NCBI GenBank assembly: GCA_018662305.1
Contig: JABJGI010000069.1
Coordinates: forward strand, 1,358 to 65,357
Source of the DNA: Porticoccaceae bacterium
GTDB taxonomy: Bacteria > Pseudomonadota > Gammaproteobacteria > Pseudomonadales > GM7GCV1
Reading direction: 5' to 3'
DNA: 64,000 nucleotides
The notes below the pieces were generated by a model, which saw only the letters and a list, made by a program, of their open reading frames with translations, was not told the DNA's origin and made no database searches. A program made the translations under genes and the position numbers. Shown in pieces: positions 40,017 through 50,525 of the stretch. Position 1 is the stretch's first letter. The number at the start of each line of letters is the position of its first letter.

Positions 40017-40130
40017 TCGATTTGTATCTCCAGCGTCTTATACTGGCTTGCCAAAATGGGTGGCGGCAAGCATAGGGCGACATTCCCACTTCTGCAAATG
40101 TTCAAGTACGAAAAAGAAAATGGCCTGTAT

Positions 40131-40694
40131 ATGAGTGACAAAGAAATAAAAATGGACAGTTCGGGTTGGTTAGTGGACTGCCGAAAGGTCATTTCACCAA
40201 ATTGCGATACACGGGCCACTCATACCGAAGTGGATCTATTGGTAATACACAACATTTCGTTACCTCCAGAGGAGTTTGGTGGCGGGTATATAGAACAGCT
40301 ATTTACCAATAACTTGAACCCAGCAGAACATCCATATTTTTCTGAGATAGCTGATTTGCGCGTTTCATCCCACCTGCTGATCGATCGAGCGGGGAAAATT
40401 ACGCAATTTGTGAGTTTGTTTGACCGAGCCTGGCACGCCGGGGAGTCCACTTGGTGCGAGAGGTCCAACTGTAATGACTATTCAATCGGCATTGAACTTG
40501 AAGGCAGTGACAACCAAGGCTTTTTGGACGAGCAATATATGGCGCTTTCAGAAGTAACCAAGGTTTTTCTCTTAGCCTTTCCAAAGATAACCCCTGATCG
40601 AATTGTTGGGCATTCAGATATAGCGCCGGGTCGCAAAACAGATCCAGGTCCATATTTTGATTGGGGGCGTTATAAATCTAGTCTGTCGACTTAG
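40131..40694 (+). CDS. ampD: 1,6-anhydro-N-acetylmuramyl-L-alanine amidase AmpD
   Basis: Collinear with my memory of E. coli AmpD (GWLV...SPNCD, HNISLPP, RAWHAG, HSDIAPGRKTDPGP). The start is ATG 40131 or 40152. The track start at 39999 would overlap the nadC start. Confidence 0.92.
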   Translation: MSDKEIKMDSSGWLVDCRKVISPNCDTRATHTEVDLLVIHNISLPPEEFGGGYIEQLFTNNLNPAEHPYFSEIADLRVSSHLLIDRAGKITQFVSLFDRAWHAGESTWCERSNCNDYSIGIELEGSDNQGFLDEQYMALSEVTKVFLLAFPKITPDRIVGHSDIAPGRKTDPGPYFDWGRYKSSLST

Positions 40695-41934
40695 TTAGTC
40701 CGGACTCCGTTGGTGCATTCCAGGGAGCGATTTTTGCCAGTAATAACATTCCTGGGATTGCCATCAAGGTGCAGAAGTAGAAGAAGGTTTCCCAACCCAT
40801 GGCCTCTACCAAAAGGCCGGTTGTGGAATTTGCCAAGGTTCTGGGAACAGCGGCAAGCGCCGTGAATAACGCAAACTGAGTGGCGGTATAAGCCTTAGAT
40901 GATTCTCTTGCCATAAAGGCGCCAATAGCAGCAGTACCTAAACCAACGCCGAGATATTCAAACCCATGGGCGACGCCCAGCATCCAAATGTTGTCTCCAA
41001 TACGGGCGAGAAGAGCAAAACCCAGAATGGAGACGATCTGTACAAATCCGAAGATCCACAAGGCTCGGTTGATGCCAATGGCGATCATGACTAGGCCGCC
41101 GATAACGCCTCCGATTATTGCGCTCCAGAGCCCCACGAGTTTGGCCACAGTACCAACTTCCGTACCGCTAAACCCAAGGTCGTAATAAAAGGGTGTGGAG
41201 AGTGCAACGGCCAAGTTGTCGCCGAGTTTATAGAGAAAAATGAAGGCTAGTATGTAGAGCGCCTGTCGATAGCCGCGGCGAAGAAAAAATTCTTTGAAGG
41301 GATCGATTACCGCTTCATGCAATGTGCGCGGCGCCATTGCTTCAGTCTCTGGCTCCTTGATGGTGAGTGTTAGAGCAATTCCAATAAACATGAAAGCAGC
41401 AGTGATCGGAAACACAACCTGCGAGGGCATATGATCCCAAAGGATTAGGGAAAGGCCGCCAGGGATCAAACCGGAAATGCGGTAGGCATTGACGTGAACT
41501 GAAGTTCCAAAGCCTAGCTCTTCGTCTGGCAAAAGTTCGCGTCGGTAGGCATCGAGCGAGATATCCTGAGTTGCGCTAAGAAAAGAAATTAGCCCGCAGA
41601 GAGCGGCGATGCTCCATATCTGTGTGGAGGGGCTTAGCTGTGGAAGAAAGGCGATAGCGGGAATTAGGCCGATTTGAGTTATCAACATCCAGGTGCGTCG
41701 GCGGCCAAAAATCTTTATCCAGTACCTGTCCACCAAAGGTGCCCAGATAAATTTCCAAGTGTAAGGAAGGCCAATCAGTGCAAATCCACCAATGGCGGCA
41801 AGACTAAGATTCTCATCTCTAAGCCACCATGGGACTAGCTGTATAAGCACATATAGCGGCATGCCAGAAGCAAAGCCGGTAAAAATACATATCAGCATAC
41901 GGCGATTAAAAACCGCTCTCCAAAATTTGTTCAT
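40678..41934 (-). CDS. ampG: Muropeptide permease AmpG (MFS)
   Basis: 418 aa with 12 or more TM helices and an AmpG-type N-terminus (FASGMPLYVL, APLVDRY). Confidence 0.9.
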   Translation of the reverse strand: MNKFWRAVFNRRMLICIFTGFASGMPLYVLIQLVPWWLRDENLSLAAIGGFALIGLPYTWKFIWAPLVDRYWIKIFGRRRTWMLITQIGLIPAIAFLPQLSPSTQIWSIAALCGLISFLSATQDISLDAYRRELLPDEELGFGTSVHVNAYRISGLIPGGLSLILWDHMPSQVVFPITAAFMFIGIALTLTIKEPETEAMAPRTLHEAVIDPFKEFFLRRGYRQALYILAFIFLYKLGDNLAVALSTPFYYDLGFSGTEVGTVAKLVGLWSAIIGGVIGGLVMIAIGINRALWIFGFVQIVSILGFALLARIGDNIWMLGVAHGFEYLGVGLGTAAIGAFMARESSKAYTATQFALFTALAAVPRTLANSTTGLLVEAMGWETFFYFCTLMAIPGMLLLAKIAPWNAPTESGLTKSTD

Positions 41935-42063
41935 CGGTGAACTCTAGTGATCAAGCGGCATACCCTACACAAGCTTGAGATTTGAAGCCATTGAACCTGG
42001 CACTTGATTATCCAATTTATGTGCCCACATCTGTATTTAACGCATTAAGCGAATTATCACCTC

Positions 42064-42492
42064 ATGCCTCTACTGTTTGTACTGTTCATCCTTGTCCCTT
42101 TAATCGAAATCTGGGGAATTCTCACTGTCGGCTCATGGATAGGTGCCTGGCCAACGATGCTAGTAATAGTTTTAACGGCTCTGGCAGGTAGTGTGCTGCT
42201 GAAGCGGGAAGGTGTACACACCCTAACTCGGGCACGGTCAAAAATTGATGCTGGCGAGATTCCGATTCACGAGATACTGGAAGGCTTGTTGCTCGCTGTC
42301 GCTGGCGCTCTTCTACTTACACCAGGATTCTTTACCGATATTATTGGTCTCTTCCTGCTGCTGCCTCCAGGCCGCTCGCTGCTAATTCGAGAGTTATCGA
42401 AGCGAGTCGTAACCGCACAAGCCTATTCAGCTTCCTCTGCAAGCACTGGGCAACATAGGGTCTTTGAAGGCGAATTTCGACGAGAAGAATAA
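42064..42492 (+). CDS. fxsA: FxsA family inner-membrane protein
   Basis: 142 aa with the N-terminal signature LFILVPLIEIWGILTVGSWIG. Confidence 0.88.
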   Translation: MPLLFVLFILVPLIEIWGILTVGSWIGAWPTMLVIVLTALAGSVLLKREGVHTLTRARSKIDAGEIPIHEILEGLLLAVAGALLLTPGFFTDIIGLFLLLPPGRSLLIRELSKRVVTAQAYSASSASTGQHRVFEGEFRREE

Positions 42493-42507
42493 ATTTTTTT
42501 GTTTAAC

Positions 42508-42538
42508 CTCTTGAAATACGTTTGAGGAACCTCACAAA
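42508..42538 (+). promoter_or_regulatory. Candidate sigma32 heat-shock promoter of groES-groEL
   Basis: CTCTTGAAA (-35, CTTGAAA at 42510-42516), a 13-nt spacer, then CCTCACAA (42530-42537). The consensus is CTTGAAA-N13-14-CCCCATNT. Confidence 0.55.
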
Positions 42539-42664
42539 GGGTGACGAGTTAGGTATCTAGCAGTTTTGCTAGCGGCTGACCAGAAACATCCAAAGCACAG
42601 CTCCATAAATAAGGCGTTTGCTTTGACTATCAGTTAAACAAAGAGTGAATCGGAGAAACAATCG

Positions 42665-42955
42665 ATGAAAATTCGTCCATTGAACGACCGCGTAGTGGTT
42701 CGTCGTAGCGAAGAAGAAGAAACGACATCTGGGGGAATTATCCTCACAGGGTCTGCTAAAGAAAAACCAAATCAGGGTGAAGTGGTTGCCGTTGGTCCAG
42801 GTAAGTCATTGGACAATGGTGAAGTTAAGCCTCTGGGAGTTTCTGTAGGCGATACCGTTGTTTTTGGCCGGTACGCTGATAGCAACACGCTACAAGACGG
42901 TGATGACGAACTCATTATTATGAATGAGAGCGACATCTACGGCGTCGTTGAGTAA
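42665..42955 (+). CDS. groES: Co-chaperonin GroES
   Basis: 96 aa: [14 protein letters not shown]...GGIILTGSA. Confidence 0.98.
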   Translation: MKIRPLNDRVVVRRSEEEETTSGGIILTGSAKEKPNQGEVVAVGPGKSLDNGEVKPLGVSVGDTVVFGRYADSNTLQDGDDELIIMNESDIYGVVE

Positions 42956-43009
42956 GTGAGTCGAGTAAGACACCCAGCCCAAAGAATATTCATTAACTAG
43001 TTAATTTGA

Positions 43010-44662
<1,653 letters not shown>

Positions 44663-44682
44663 TTGCTGCTCCAGCAACAAAT

Positions 44683-44715
44683 AAAAAACCCCGCTTATGC
44701 GGGGTTTTTTATTTT
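44683..44715. terminator. Bidirectional intrinsic terminator shared by convergent groEL and sodB
   Basis: AAAAAACCCCGC-ttat-GCGGGGTTTTTTATTTT. It is preceded by a second small hairpin, TTGCTG-CTC-CAGCAA (44663-44677). Confidence 0.9.
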
Positions 44716-44738
44716 GTTTTTAGTTCTACTGGAAAGAT

Positions 44739-45320
44739 TTAGGCAATATTTGCGTTAACAAAATCCCAGTTCACCAGTGCCCAAAAAGCATCCATATAGG
44801 TAGGGCGAGCGTTGCGATAGTCGATGTAATAGGCATGCTCCCAGAGATCAACAGTCAAGAGCGGCGTAACACCCTCGTCAGTTAGTGGGGTAGCGGCATT
44901 ACTTGTATTAACAATAGCTAGGCTGCCGTCGGCATTTTTCACTAGCCAGGTCCAGCTTGAACCGAAATTATTTACCGCGCTGGTGGTAAACTCTTCTTTA
45001 AACGCCTCAAATGATCCAAAGGCCGTGTTGATTGCCTCTGCGACTGTTCCTGTTGCCGCGCCGCCACCATTGGGGCTGAGGCAATTCCAATAGAAGCTGT
45101 GGTTCCAGATCTGAGCAGCATTATTAAACACGCCGCCCTCTGAATTCTTGACGATAGTTTCCAGATCCGCATTTTCCAGATCTGTGCCTTCAATAAGCGG
45201 GCCTAATTTAGCAACGTAGCTTGCGTGATGTTTGCCGTAATGGAATTCCAAGGTTTCTTGTGAAATGTGAGGTGCCAGGGCATCCATTGCGTAGGGTAAT
45301 TCGGGGAGGGTTATTGCCAT
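44739..45320 (-). CDS. sodB: Iron superoxide dismutase
   Basis: ATG at 45320 ([20 protein letters not shown]) gives 193 aa, with AGGAG upstream. FHYGKHH and [11 protein letters not shown] motifs are present. The track ORF carries a spurious 19-aa extension. Confidence 0.95.
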   Translation of the reverse strand: MAITLPELPYAMDALAPHISQETLEFHYGKHHASYVAKLGPLIEGTDLENADLETIVKNSEGGVFNNAAQIWNHSFYWNCLSPNGGGAATGTVAEAINTAFGSFEAFKEEFTTSAVNNFGSSWTWLVKNADGSLAIVNTSNAATPLTDEGVTPLLTVDLWEHAYYIDYRNARPTYMDAFWALVNWDFVNANIA

Positions 45321-45527
45321 GTCTTGATGAACTCCTATCAAGCTGAAAAGGTTGTTCCGACTAATTCGGGCGGCCATTCTAAAACATGAGTTGCCCAGAT
45401 AGATAGGCAGTTAACCTGGGCTTTAGGATTGAATTTGCTGAAAGTGTGAAGATATTTACTACAGGTCGCCTAAAGGGGCTCTGCTAGTCTAAAATACGCC
45501 CAGAAATTAACCGATTGAGTGCCGCGA

Positions 45528-46268
45528 ATGTCGAACGATGAGTTGAGAATTATCCCCGAACGGGACGAGGCGATTTCGTCGCGAGCTCGACAATCAAAAC
45601 CTACCGAATCTCGTCGTGAGAAGGATAACTCTGGCGGAAAATCTGGTGGTTCAAACGGGAGCTCCTCCAAGGCGACCGGTTTTTTGGTTTTTTTATTGCT
45701 TGTAAGTTTTGCTGCCAGTGGGTTTCTTTACTATCAGCTACAAAATTCCACCGAAGCTAGACAAGATTTAGTTTCCAGAATTGAGGCAATGGAGAGCAAG
45801 CTCTCTGTGACCGATGAGTCTTTGTCAGAATCCGGTGCTGCCATACAAGCCTTGCTCCAAGACCACGAAGTTAAAATTGATACGAACTTTTCCGAGATTC
45901 GTAAGTTATGGGGTGTTTCCTATGACACCAACAGAAAGTCTATAGATGAGTTGCGAGCAATTAGTTCTACTATTTCGAACAATCTTAGCGGTGCAGTTGA
46001 CCGAGTGACGGAGATTGAAGGCCGCTTTGATGGCCTGGGTTCGCAAATGTTAATTCAGGCTGCGGATGTAGAAGATGTGCTCACTCGACTGCGCACCACC
46101 CGTGATGAGCTAAATCAGCAAACCGAACTCGTTAACCAACTTCAAGCAGAGTCGGAATCCACTCAAGAGGCGATCGATTCCTTTGATGCCTATCGTTTGC
46201 AAACCAATCAAAAGGTTTTGCAGCTGGAAAACGAGATTCGCAGTATTTCGTCGACTCCCACTCCATAG
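45528..46268 (+). CDS. Hypothetical bitopic membrane protein with long coiled-coil domain
   Basis: 246 aa from ATG 45528: a basic, Ser/Gly-rich N-terminus, one TM helix (GFLVFLLLVSFAASGFLYY), then about 175 aa of heptad-rich sequence. No enzymatic motif recognised. Confidence 0.7.
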   Translation: MSNDELRIIPERDEAISSRARQSKPTESRREKDNSGGKSGGSNGSSSKATGFLVFLLLVSFAASGFLYYQLQNSTEARQDLVSRIEAMESKLSVTDESLSESGAAIQALLQDHEVKIDTNFSEIRKLWGVSYDTNRKSIDELRAISSTISNNLSGAVDRVTEIEGRFDGLGSQMLIQAADVEDVLTRLRTTRDELNQQTELVNQLQAESESTQEAIDSFDAYRLQTNQKVLQLENEIRSISSTPTP

Positions 46269-46316
46269 AGTTCAGGTGGGGCAAAGCCCTGCATAGATAA
46301 ATTTAGGACAATAAGA

Positions 46317-47834
46317 ATGACAACTATTCGTCAGCAAGACTTTATCGACAGCGTTTTCGACGCTCTGCAGTACATATCCTATTACCACCCAATCGATTTT
46401 GTTCAGGCCATGAGCGATGCTTACGAAAAGGAAGAGTCTCCAGCTGCCCGAGATGCAATGGCGCAGATTCTTATTAATTCACGTATGTGTGCAGAAGGCC
46501 ATCGCCCAATTTGTCAGGACACCGGCATTGTCACGGTCTTTGTCAGCGTGGGTATGAATGTAAATTGGGATTCTGAATTGAGTTTGGAAGATATGGTCAA
46601 TGAGGGTGTGCGACGCGCGTACAACCACCCGGACAACGTGCTTCGAGCTTCTATTCTCGCTGACCCCGACGGCGCGCGGAAAAACACCGGAGACAATACG
46701 CCAGCCGTCATCCACTATGAGATTGTTGCAGGCGACAAGGTAGAAGTTCACGTAGCGGCCAAGGGCGGCGGCTCGGAAGCCAAGGCTAAATTTGCCATGC
46801 TCAATCCCTCCGACTCCGTTGTTGACTGGGTTCTGGAGATGGTCCCTCAGATGGGTGCTGGCTGGTGTCCCCCAGGGATGCTGGGTATTGGCATCGGTGG
46901 AACAGCAGAAAAAGCCATGATTCTAGCCAAAGAAGTTTTGCTAGAGCCGGTCGATATTCAGGATTTGAAAACCAAGGGCGCCGAGAATAGGGCAGAGGAA
47001 CTGCGATTGGAACTCTACGAAAAAGTTAACCGCTTGGGTATTGGAGCGCAAGGCTTGGGCGGTTTAACTACCGTTCTGGATGTAAAGGTTAGAGATTTTC
47101 CGAGCCACGCTGCGAACAAAGCGGTTGCCCTGATTCCCAACTGCGCGGCCACACGGCACGCCCATTTTGTATTGGATGGCACTGGCCCTTCTTTGCAAAC
47201 GCCTCCTTCTCTTGAAGACTGGCCAGAAATAACTCGGACTCAGTCGGAGAGCACGATTCGGGTAAATCTGGATGAAGTTACGCGGGAGCAGGTATCAGAG
47301 TGGAAGCCGGGAGACACTTTGTTGCTTTCAGGAAAAATGCTTACCGGTCGAGACGCCGCGCACAAAAAAATGATAGATATGATTAACAAGGGCGAGGAGC
47401 TTCCAGTCTCCATGGAAAATCGCTTTATCTACTATGTGGGTCCGGTTGACCCAGTACGTGAAGAGGTAGTTGGTCCAGCCGGACCGACAACGGCAACACG
47501 CATGGATAAGTTCACCCGTGACATGCTGGAGAAAACAGGCTTGATGGGCATGATAGGTAAGGCTGAACGCGGTCAACTGGCTATTGACGCTATACGCGAC
47601 AACAAAGCGGTCTATCTAATGGCGGTTGGTGGTGCTGCCTATCTGGTTTCCAAAGCGATCACCAAGTCTGAAGTAGTTGCCTTCCCAGAATTGGGAATGG
47701 AAGCAATATACGAATTTGAAGTGAAAGATATGCCAGTAACTGTTGCGGTGGACTCCCTTGGAGATTCAGTGCACAGATCAGGTCCGGCGATTTGGAAAGA
47801 AAAAATAGAAGTGCGTCACATTTCTTTGGATTGA
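46317..47834 (+). CDS. Class I (Fe-S dependent) fumarate hydratase
   Basis: 505 aa with the CQDTGIV cluster-ligand motif and fused alpha and beta domains of class I fumarases. Confidence 0.92.
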   Translation: MTTIRQQDFIDSVFDALQYISYYHPIDFVQAMSDAYEKEESPAARDAMAQILINSRMCAEGHRPICQDTGIVTVFVSVGMNVNWDSELSLEDMVNEGVRRAYNHPDNVLRASILADPDGARKNTGDNTPAVIHYEIVAGDKVEVHVAAKGGGSEAKAKFAMLNPSDSVVDWVLEMVPQMGAGWCPPGMLGIGIGGTAEKAMILAKEVLLEPVDIQDLKTKGAENRAEELRLELYEKVNRLGIGAQGLGGLTTVLDVKVRDFPSHAANKAVALIPNCAATRHAHFVLDGTGPSLQTPPSLEDWPEITRTQSESTIRVNLDEVTREQVSEWKPGDTLLLSGKMLTGRDAAHKKMIDMINKGEELPVSMENRFIYYVGPVDPVREEVVGPAGPTTATRMDKFTRDMLEKTGLMGMIGKAERGQLAIDAIRDNKAVYLMAVGGAAYLVSKAITKSEVVAFPELGMEAIYEFEVKDMPVTVAVDSLGDSVHRSGPAIWKEKIEVRHISLD

Positions 47835-47960
47835 TGCACCTGGCTGGTGCGGAAAGTGCTAGACAAATTTTCATGTGTGCAACCAGTTGAGATGGTGCAC
47901 CGCTACAATCCGCGCCAGATACGTACCCCTATTAATGCTGTGAGTTTAAGGATAGTTACC

Positions 47961-48968
47961 ATGCGAAAAATTTTACTAGTACTTACCACTGTTGCCCTCT
48001 CGGTCTCTGCCATGGCGGAAGATCATTTTTATGTCGGGCCTCAGTTAACTTATCAATTTTGGGACAAAGATCGATTTCTCCCAGACTTGGATGATGACAA
48101 TGGTGTCCAGTTAGGTCTAAATCTTGGATACAAGTTTGACGCAGGGTATGCGCTTGAGTTCGCTGCTCAAACAAGCGCATCGGATACCAATGCCGAGGCA
48201 GAAGTCATTGAATTTAATTATTATCTCTATGGATCTGAGAGCTCAATAGGGACGACACCTTATCTAGTTGCTGGGGTATTTTCTTATGTCCATATGGACC
48301 CCGATGTAGTTGTTGATAAAGCGACAACTAACTTAGTACTTGGCGCGGGTATCTCAAGATTTTTGGGCGATCACCTAGAATGGAAAACAGATATTCGCTT
48401 TAGAAGCTCTGTTATTAGCGATATCCCAGATCCAGTGCTGGATATTGGTTTAACCACCGCACTAAATTTCCATTTTGGCCGCAGTGGAGCCGCTCCAGCC
48501 CCAGCACCTACAGTTGCTTCAACACCTGCTCCCGCGCCAACGCCCGTTGTAGAGCGCGCTCCAGCCCCAGCCCCAGCGCCAGCGCCTGCTCCAGCGCCGC
48601 GTCCGCAGCCGCGAGAAGTAACGGTTGAGCTCGATGTACTGTTCGAAACAAATAGCTCGATTATCACCGATCTTGACGACGCAGAATTTCGCCGCATGGC
48701 AGACGCGCTTGAAGAAAATCCAAGCGTAACCTTAACCATCGAAGGTCATACGGATAGCGACGGAAGCGCTGAATACAATGAAACACTTTCGCAGCGCCGT
48801 GCAGATCGAGTGAAGGAAGCTCTGGTTGAGCAATACAATGCTCCTGAAAACCGCATTACTGCGATTGGGTACGGAGAAGCTCGTCCTGTGGCGACAAACA
48901 ACACTGCCGCTGGGAAAGCACAGAACCGCCGCGTAGTTGGCGTAATCACTTATCAGGTTGCACAATAG
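47961..48968 (+). CDS. OmpA/OprF-family outer-membrane porin
   Basis: ATG at 47961 gives the signal peptide MRKILLVLTTVALSVSAMA. It has an N-terminal beta-barrel, an Ala-Pro hinge (APAPAPAPAPAPAPRP), and a C-terminal OmpA domain (TDSDGSAEYNETLSQRRADRV, NRRV). Confidence 0.92.
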   Translation: MRKILLVLTTVALSVSAMAEDHFYVGPQLTYQFWDKDRFLPDLDDDNGVQLGLNLGYKFDAGYALEFAAQTSASDTNAEAEVIEFNYYLYGSESSIGTTPYLVAGVFSYVHMDPDVVVDKATTNLVLGAGISRFLGDHLEWKTDIRFRSSVISDIPDPVLDIGLTTALNFHFGRSGAAPAPAPTVASTPAPAPTPVVERAPAPAPAPAPAPAPRPQPREVTVELDVLFETNSSIITDLDDAEFRRMADALEENPSVTLTIEGHTDSDGSAEYNETLSQRRADRVKEALVEQYNAPENRITAIGYGEARPVATNNTAAGKAQNRRVVGVITYQVAQ

Positions 48969-48992
48969 GGGCATTACTGGCATTTGATTGAG

Positions 48993-49020
48993 AACGGCGC
49001 CGTAAGGCGCCGTTTTTATT
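48993..49020 (+). terminator. Strong intrinsic terminator after the ompA-like gene
   Basis: AACGGCGCC-gtaa-GGCGCCGTT followed by TTTATTT. The T-tract ends 1-2 nt before the sbcB ATG. Confidence 0.88.
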
Positions 49021-49021
49021 T

Positions 49022-50455
49022 ATGGACACCATTCTTTGGCACGATTACGAAACTACGGGAATTAGCCCAAGCCAAGATCGAGCCGTTCAGTTTGCGGCAA
49101 TACGAACTGACCTCGAATTAAAGCAAGTCGACGAACCCTTTAGTCTTTTCTGCAAACTAGCTGACGACTGTGTGCCTTCTCCGCACGCCTGTCTGGTAAC
49201 GGGCATTAGCCCTCAGACGGCAGAGGCGCAGGGTTTGCTAGAGCCTGAGTTTGTCGGGCGTATTTATCAGGAAATGATGGAGCCGGGCACTTGCGGTGCG
49301 GGTTACAACTCAATCCGCTTTGATGATGAAGTTTCACGCTACAGTCTGTATCGAAACTTTTTCGATCCTTATGCACGGGAATGGAAAAACGGGAATTCAC
49401 GCTGGGACATTATCGACATGGTTAGGCTTGTGCACTTGCTTCGACCTGAAACGCTTAATTGGCCGCAGAATGATGATGGCAGTACTAGTTTTCGTCTTGA
49501 ACTACTTACAGATCTCAATGGAATCGAGCACGGGGCGGCCCACGATGCACTCTCGGATGTGCAGGCAACCATAGAATTAGCGCGGTTGATCAAAACGAGG
49601 CAACCGAAATTATATGATCACTATTGGAAGCTGCGCCGCAAAAATTTTGTTTCGCAACAGTTAGACATCGCCGCCCACAAACCTTTTCTACATGTGTCCT
49701 CGAAATTTCGATCCAGTCGTGGCTGTGCAGCCATCATGGCACCCCTCATGGCGCTGCGCTCTAACGCAAATGCCTTTGTTGCAATTGATTTGAGCTACAA
49801 CCCTGAAGAATTAGCTGAACTGAGCAATGAGGGTATCCAGAAGCGGGTTTTCTCCAGGACTGAAGACTTGCCAGAGGGTCAGGAACGAATTCCCTTGAAG
49901 CTGGTTCATCTGAACAGATCGCCAGTTGTTCTGCCCGCCAGCATGCTGGCGGACACGAGGGCGGCGGATTTCGGCATCGATTTGCAGGCCTGCCAGGAAA
50001 ATTGGCAACGGCTTTTGTCCATCGATCTCGAAAAACTAGATTTTGAGCAAATCTTCGGCTTCAAAGAGAAAGCGGAATCAGATGCTGAAATCGCACTCTA
50101 TCAAGCCTTTATCCCAGATTCGGATCGTCGTCTTGCCGATTCAATTCGGCATATGCTGCCAGATGAAATACGTTTGGCGGATCCGCAGTTTCAGGATAAA
50201 AGACTGCAAGAACTGCTATTTAGATACCGTGCCAGAAACTACCCGGATTCCTTAACCGAAGAGGAACGGGACACCTGGCAGGCCTGGGTAGAACAAAAAT
50301 TAACTCAGGGCGAACCGTTTGGAATGCCAATTAATTCCGTATTGGAGGAGATCGCCCAACTTTTATTGGAGAGAACTGATACTAGGGACCAGCAGGTGCT
50401 AAAAGACTTGCAGATCTGGTTGCATAACTTGCGGTCTAAGTACGCTCAGGCATAA
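49022..50455 (+). CDS. sbcB: Exodeoxyribonuclease I
   Basis: 477 aa with WHDYETTG, RFDDEV and AHDALSDV exonuclease motifs. Collinear with my memory of E. coli SbcB from its FLFHDYETFG onwards. Confidence 0.94.
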   Translation: MDTILWHDYETTGISPSQDRAVQFAAIRTDLELKQVDEPFSLFCKLADDCVPSPHACLVTGISPQTAEAQGLLEPEFVGRIYQEMMEPGTCGAGYNSIRFDDEVSRYSLYRNFFDPYAREWKNGNSRWDIIDMVRLVHLLRPETLNWPQNDDGSTSFRLELLTDLNGIEHGAAHDALSDVQATIELARLIKTRQPKLYDHYWKLRRKNFVSQQLDIAAHKPFLHVSSKFRSSRGCAAIMAPLMALRSNANAFVAIDLSYNPEELAELSNEGIQKRVFSRTEDLPEGQERIPLKLVHLNRSPVVLPASMLADTRAADFGIDLQACQENWQRLLSIDLEKLDFEQIFGFKEKAESDAEIALYQAFIPDSDRRLADSIRHMLPDEIRLADPQFQDKRLQELLFRYRARNYPDSLTEEERDTWQAWVEQKLTQGEPFGMPINSVLEEIAQLLLERTDTRDQQVLKDLQIWLHNLRSKYAQA

Positions 50456-50473
50456 TTCGCGCCTGAGCAAAGC

Positions 50474-50507
50474 CGCTCTGCTCTAGATTCCGCTCTGCTC
50501 TTGATTC
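50474..50507 (+). repeat. 2 x 17-bp tandem direct repeat CGCTCTGCTCT(A/T)GATTC
   Basis: Copies at 50474-50490 and 50491-50507 differ at one base. The repeat lies 19 nt upstream of the pyrB-like start. Confidence 0.9.
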
Positions 50508-50525
50508 TAGAACGAGCTTGAGAAC

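Noticed and set aside
39999-40130. N-terminal extension of the ampD ORF on the track (start 39999)
   Set aside because: It would overlap the nadC start codon region and adds 44 residues with no counterpart in AmpD. The internal ATGs at 40131 and 40152 align with the AmpD N-terminus.
42557-42572. Inverted repeat CTAGCA-GTTT-TGCTAG in the groES leader, considered as a CIRCE element
   Set aside because: CIRCE is TTAGCACTC-N9-GAGTGCTAA. This repeat has only a 6-bp arm and a 4-nt spacer, and a sigma32-type promoter is present instead, as expected for a gammaproteobacterium.
48490-48612. GC-rich (GCN-CCN)n repeats encoding an Ala-Pro tract in the porin gene
   Set aside because: This is the well-known proline-rich hinge between the barrel and the peptidoglycan-binding domain of OmpA/OprF-family proteins. 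It is not a novel repeat element. The antisense ORF 48371-48739 is a by-product.
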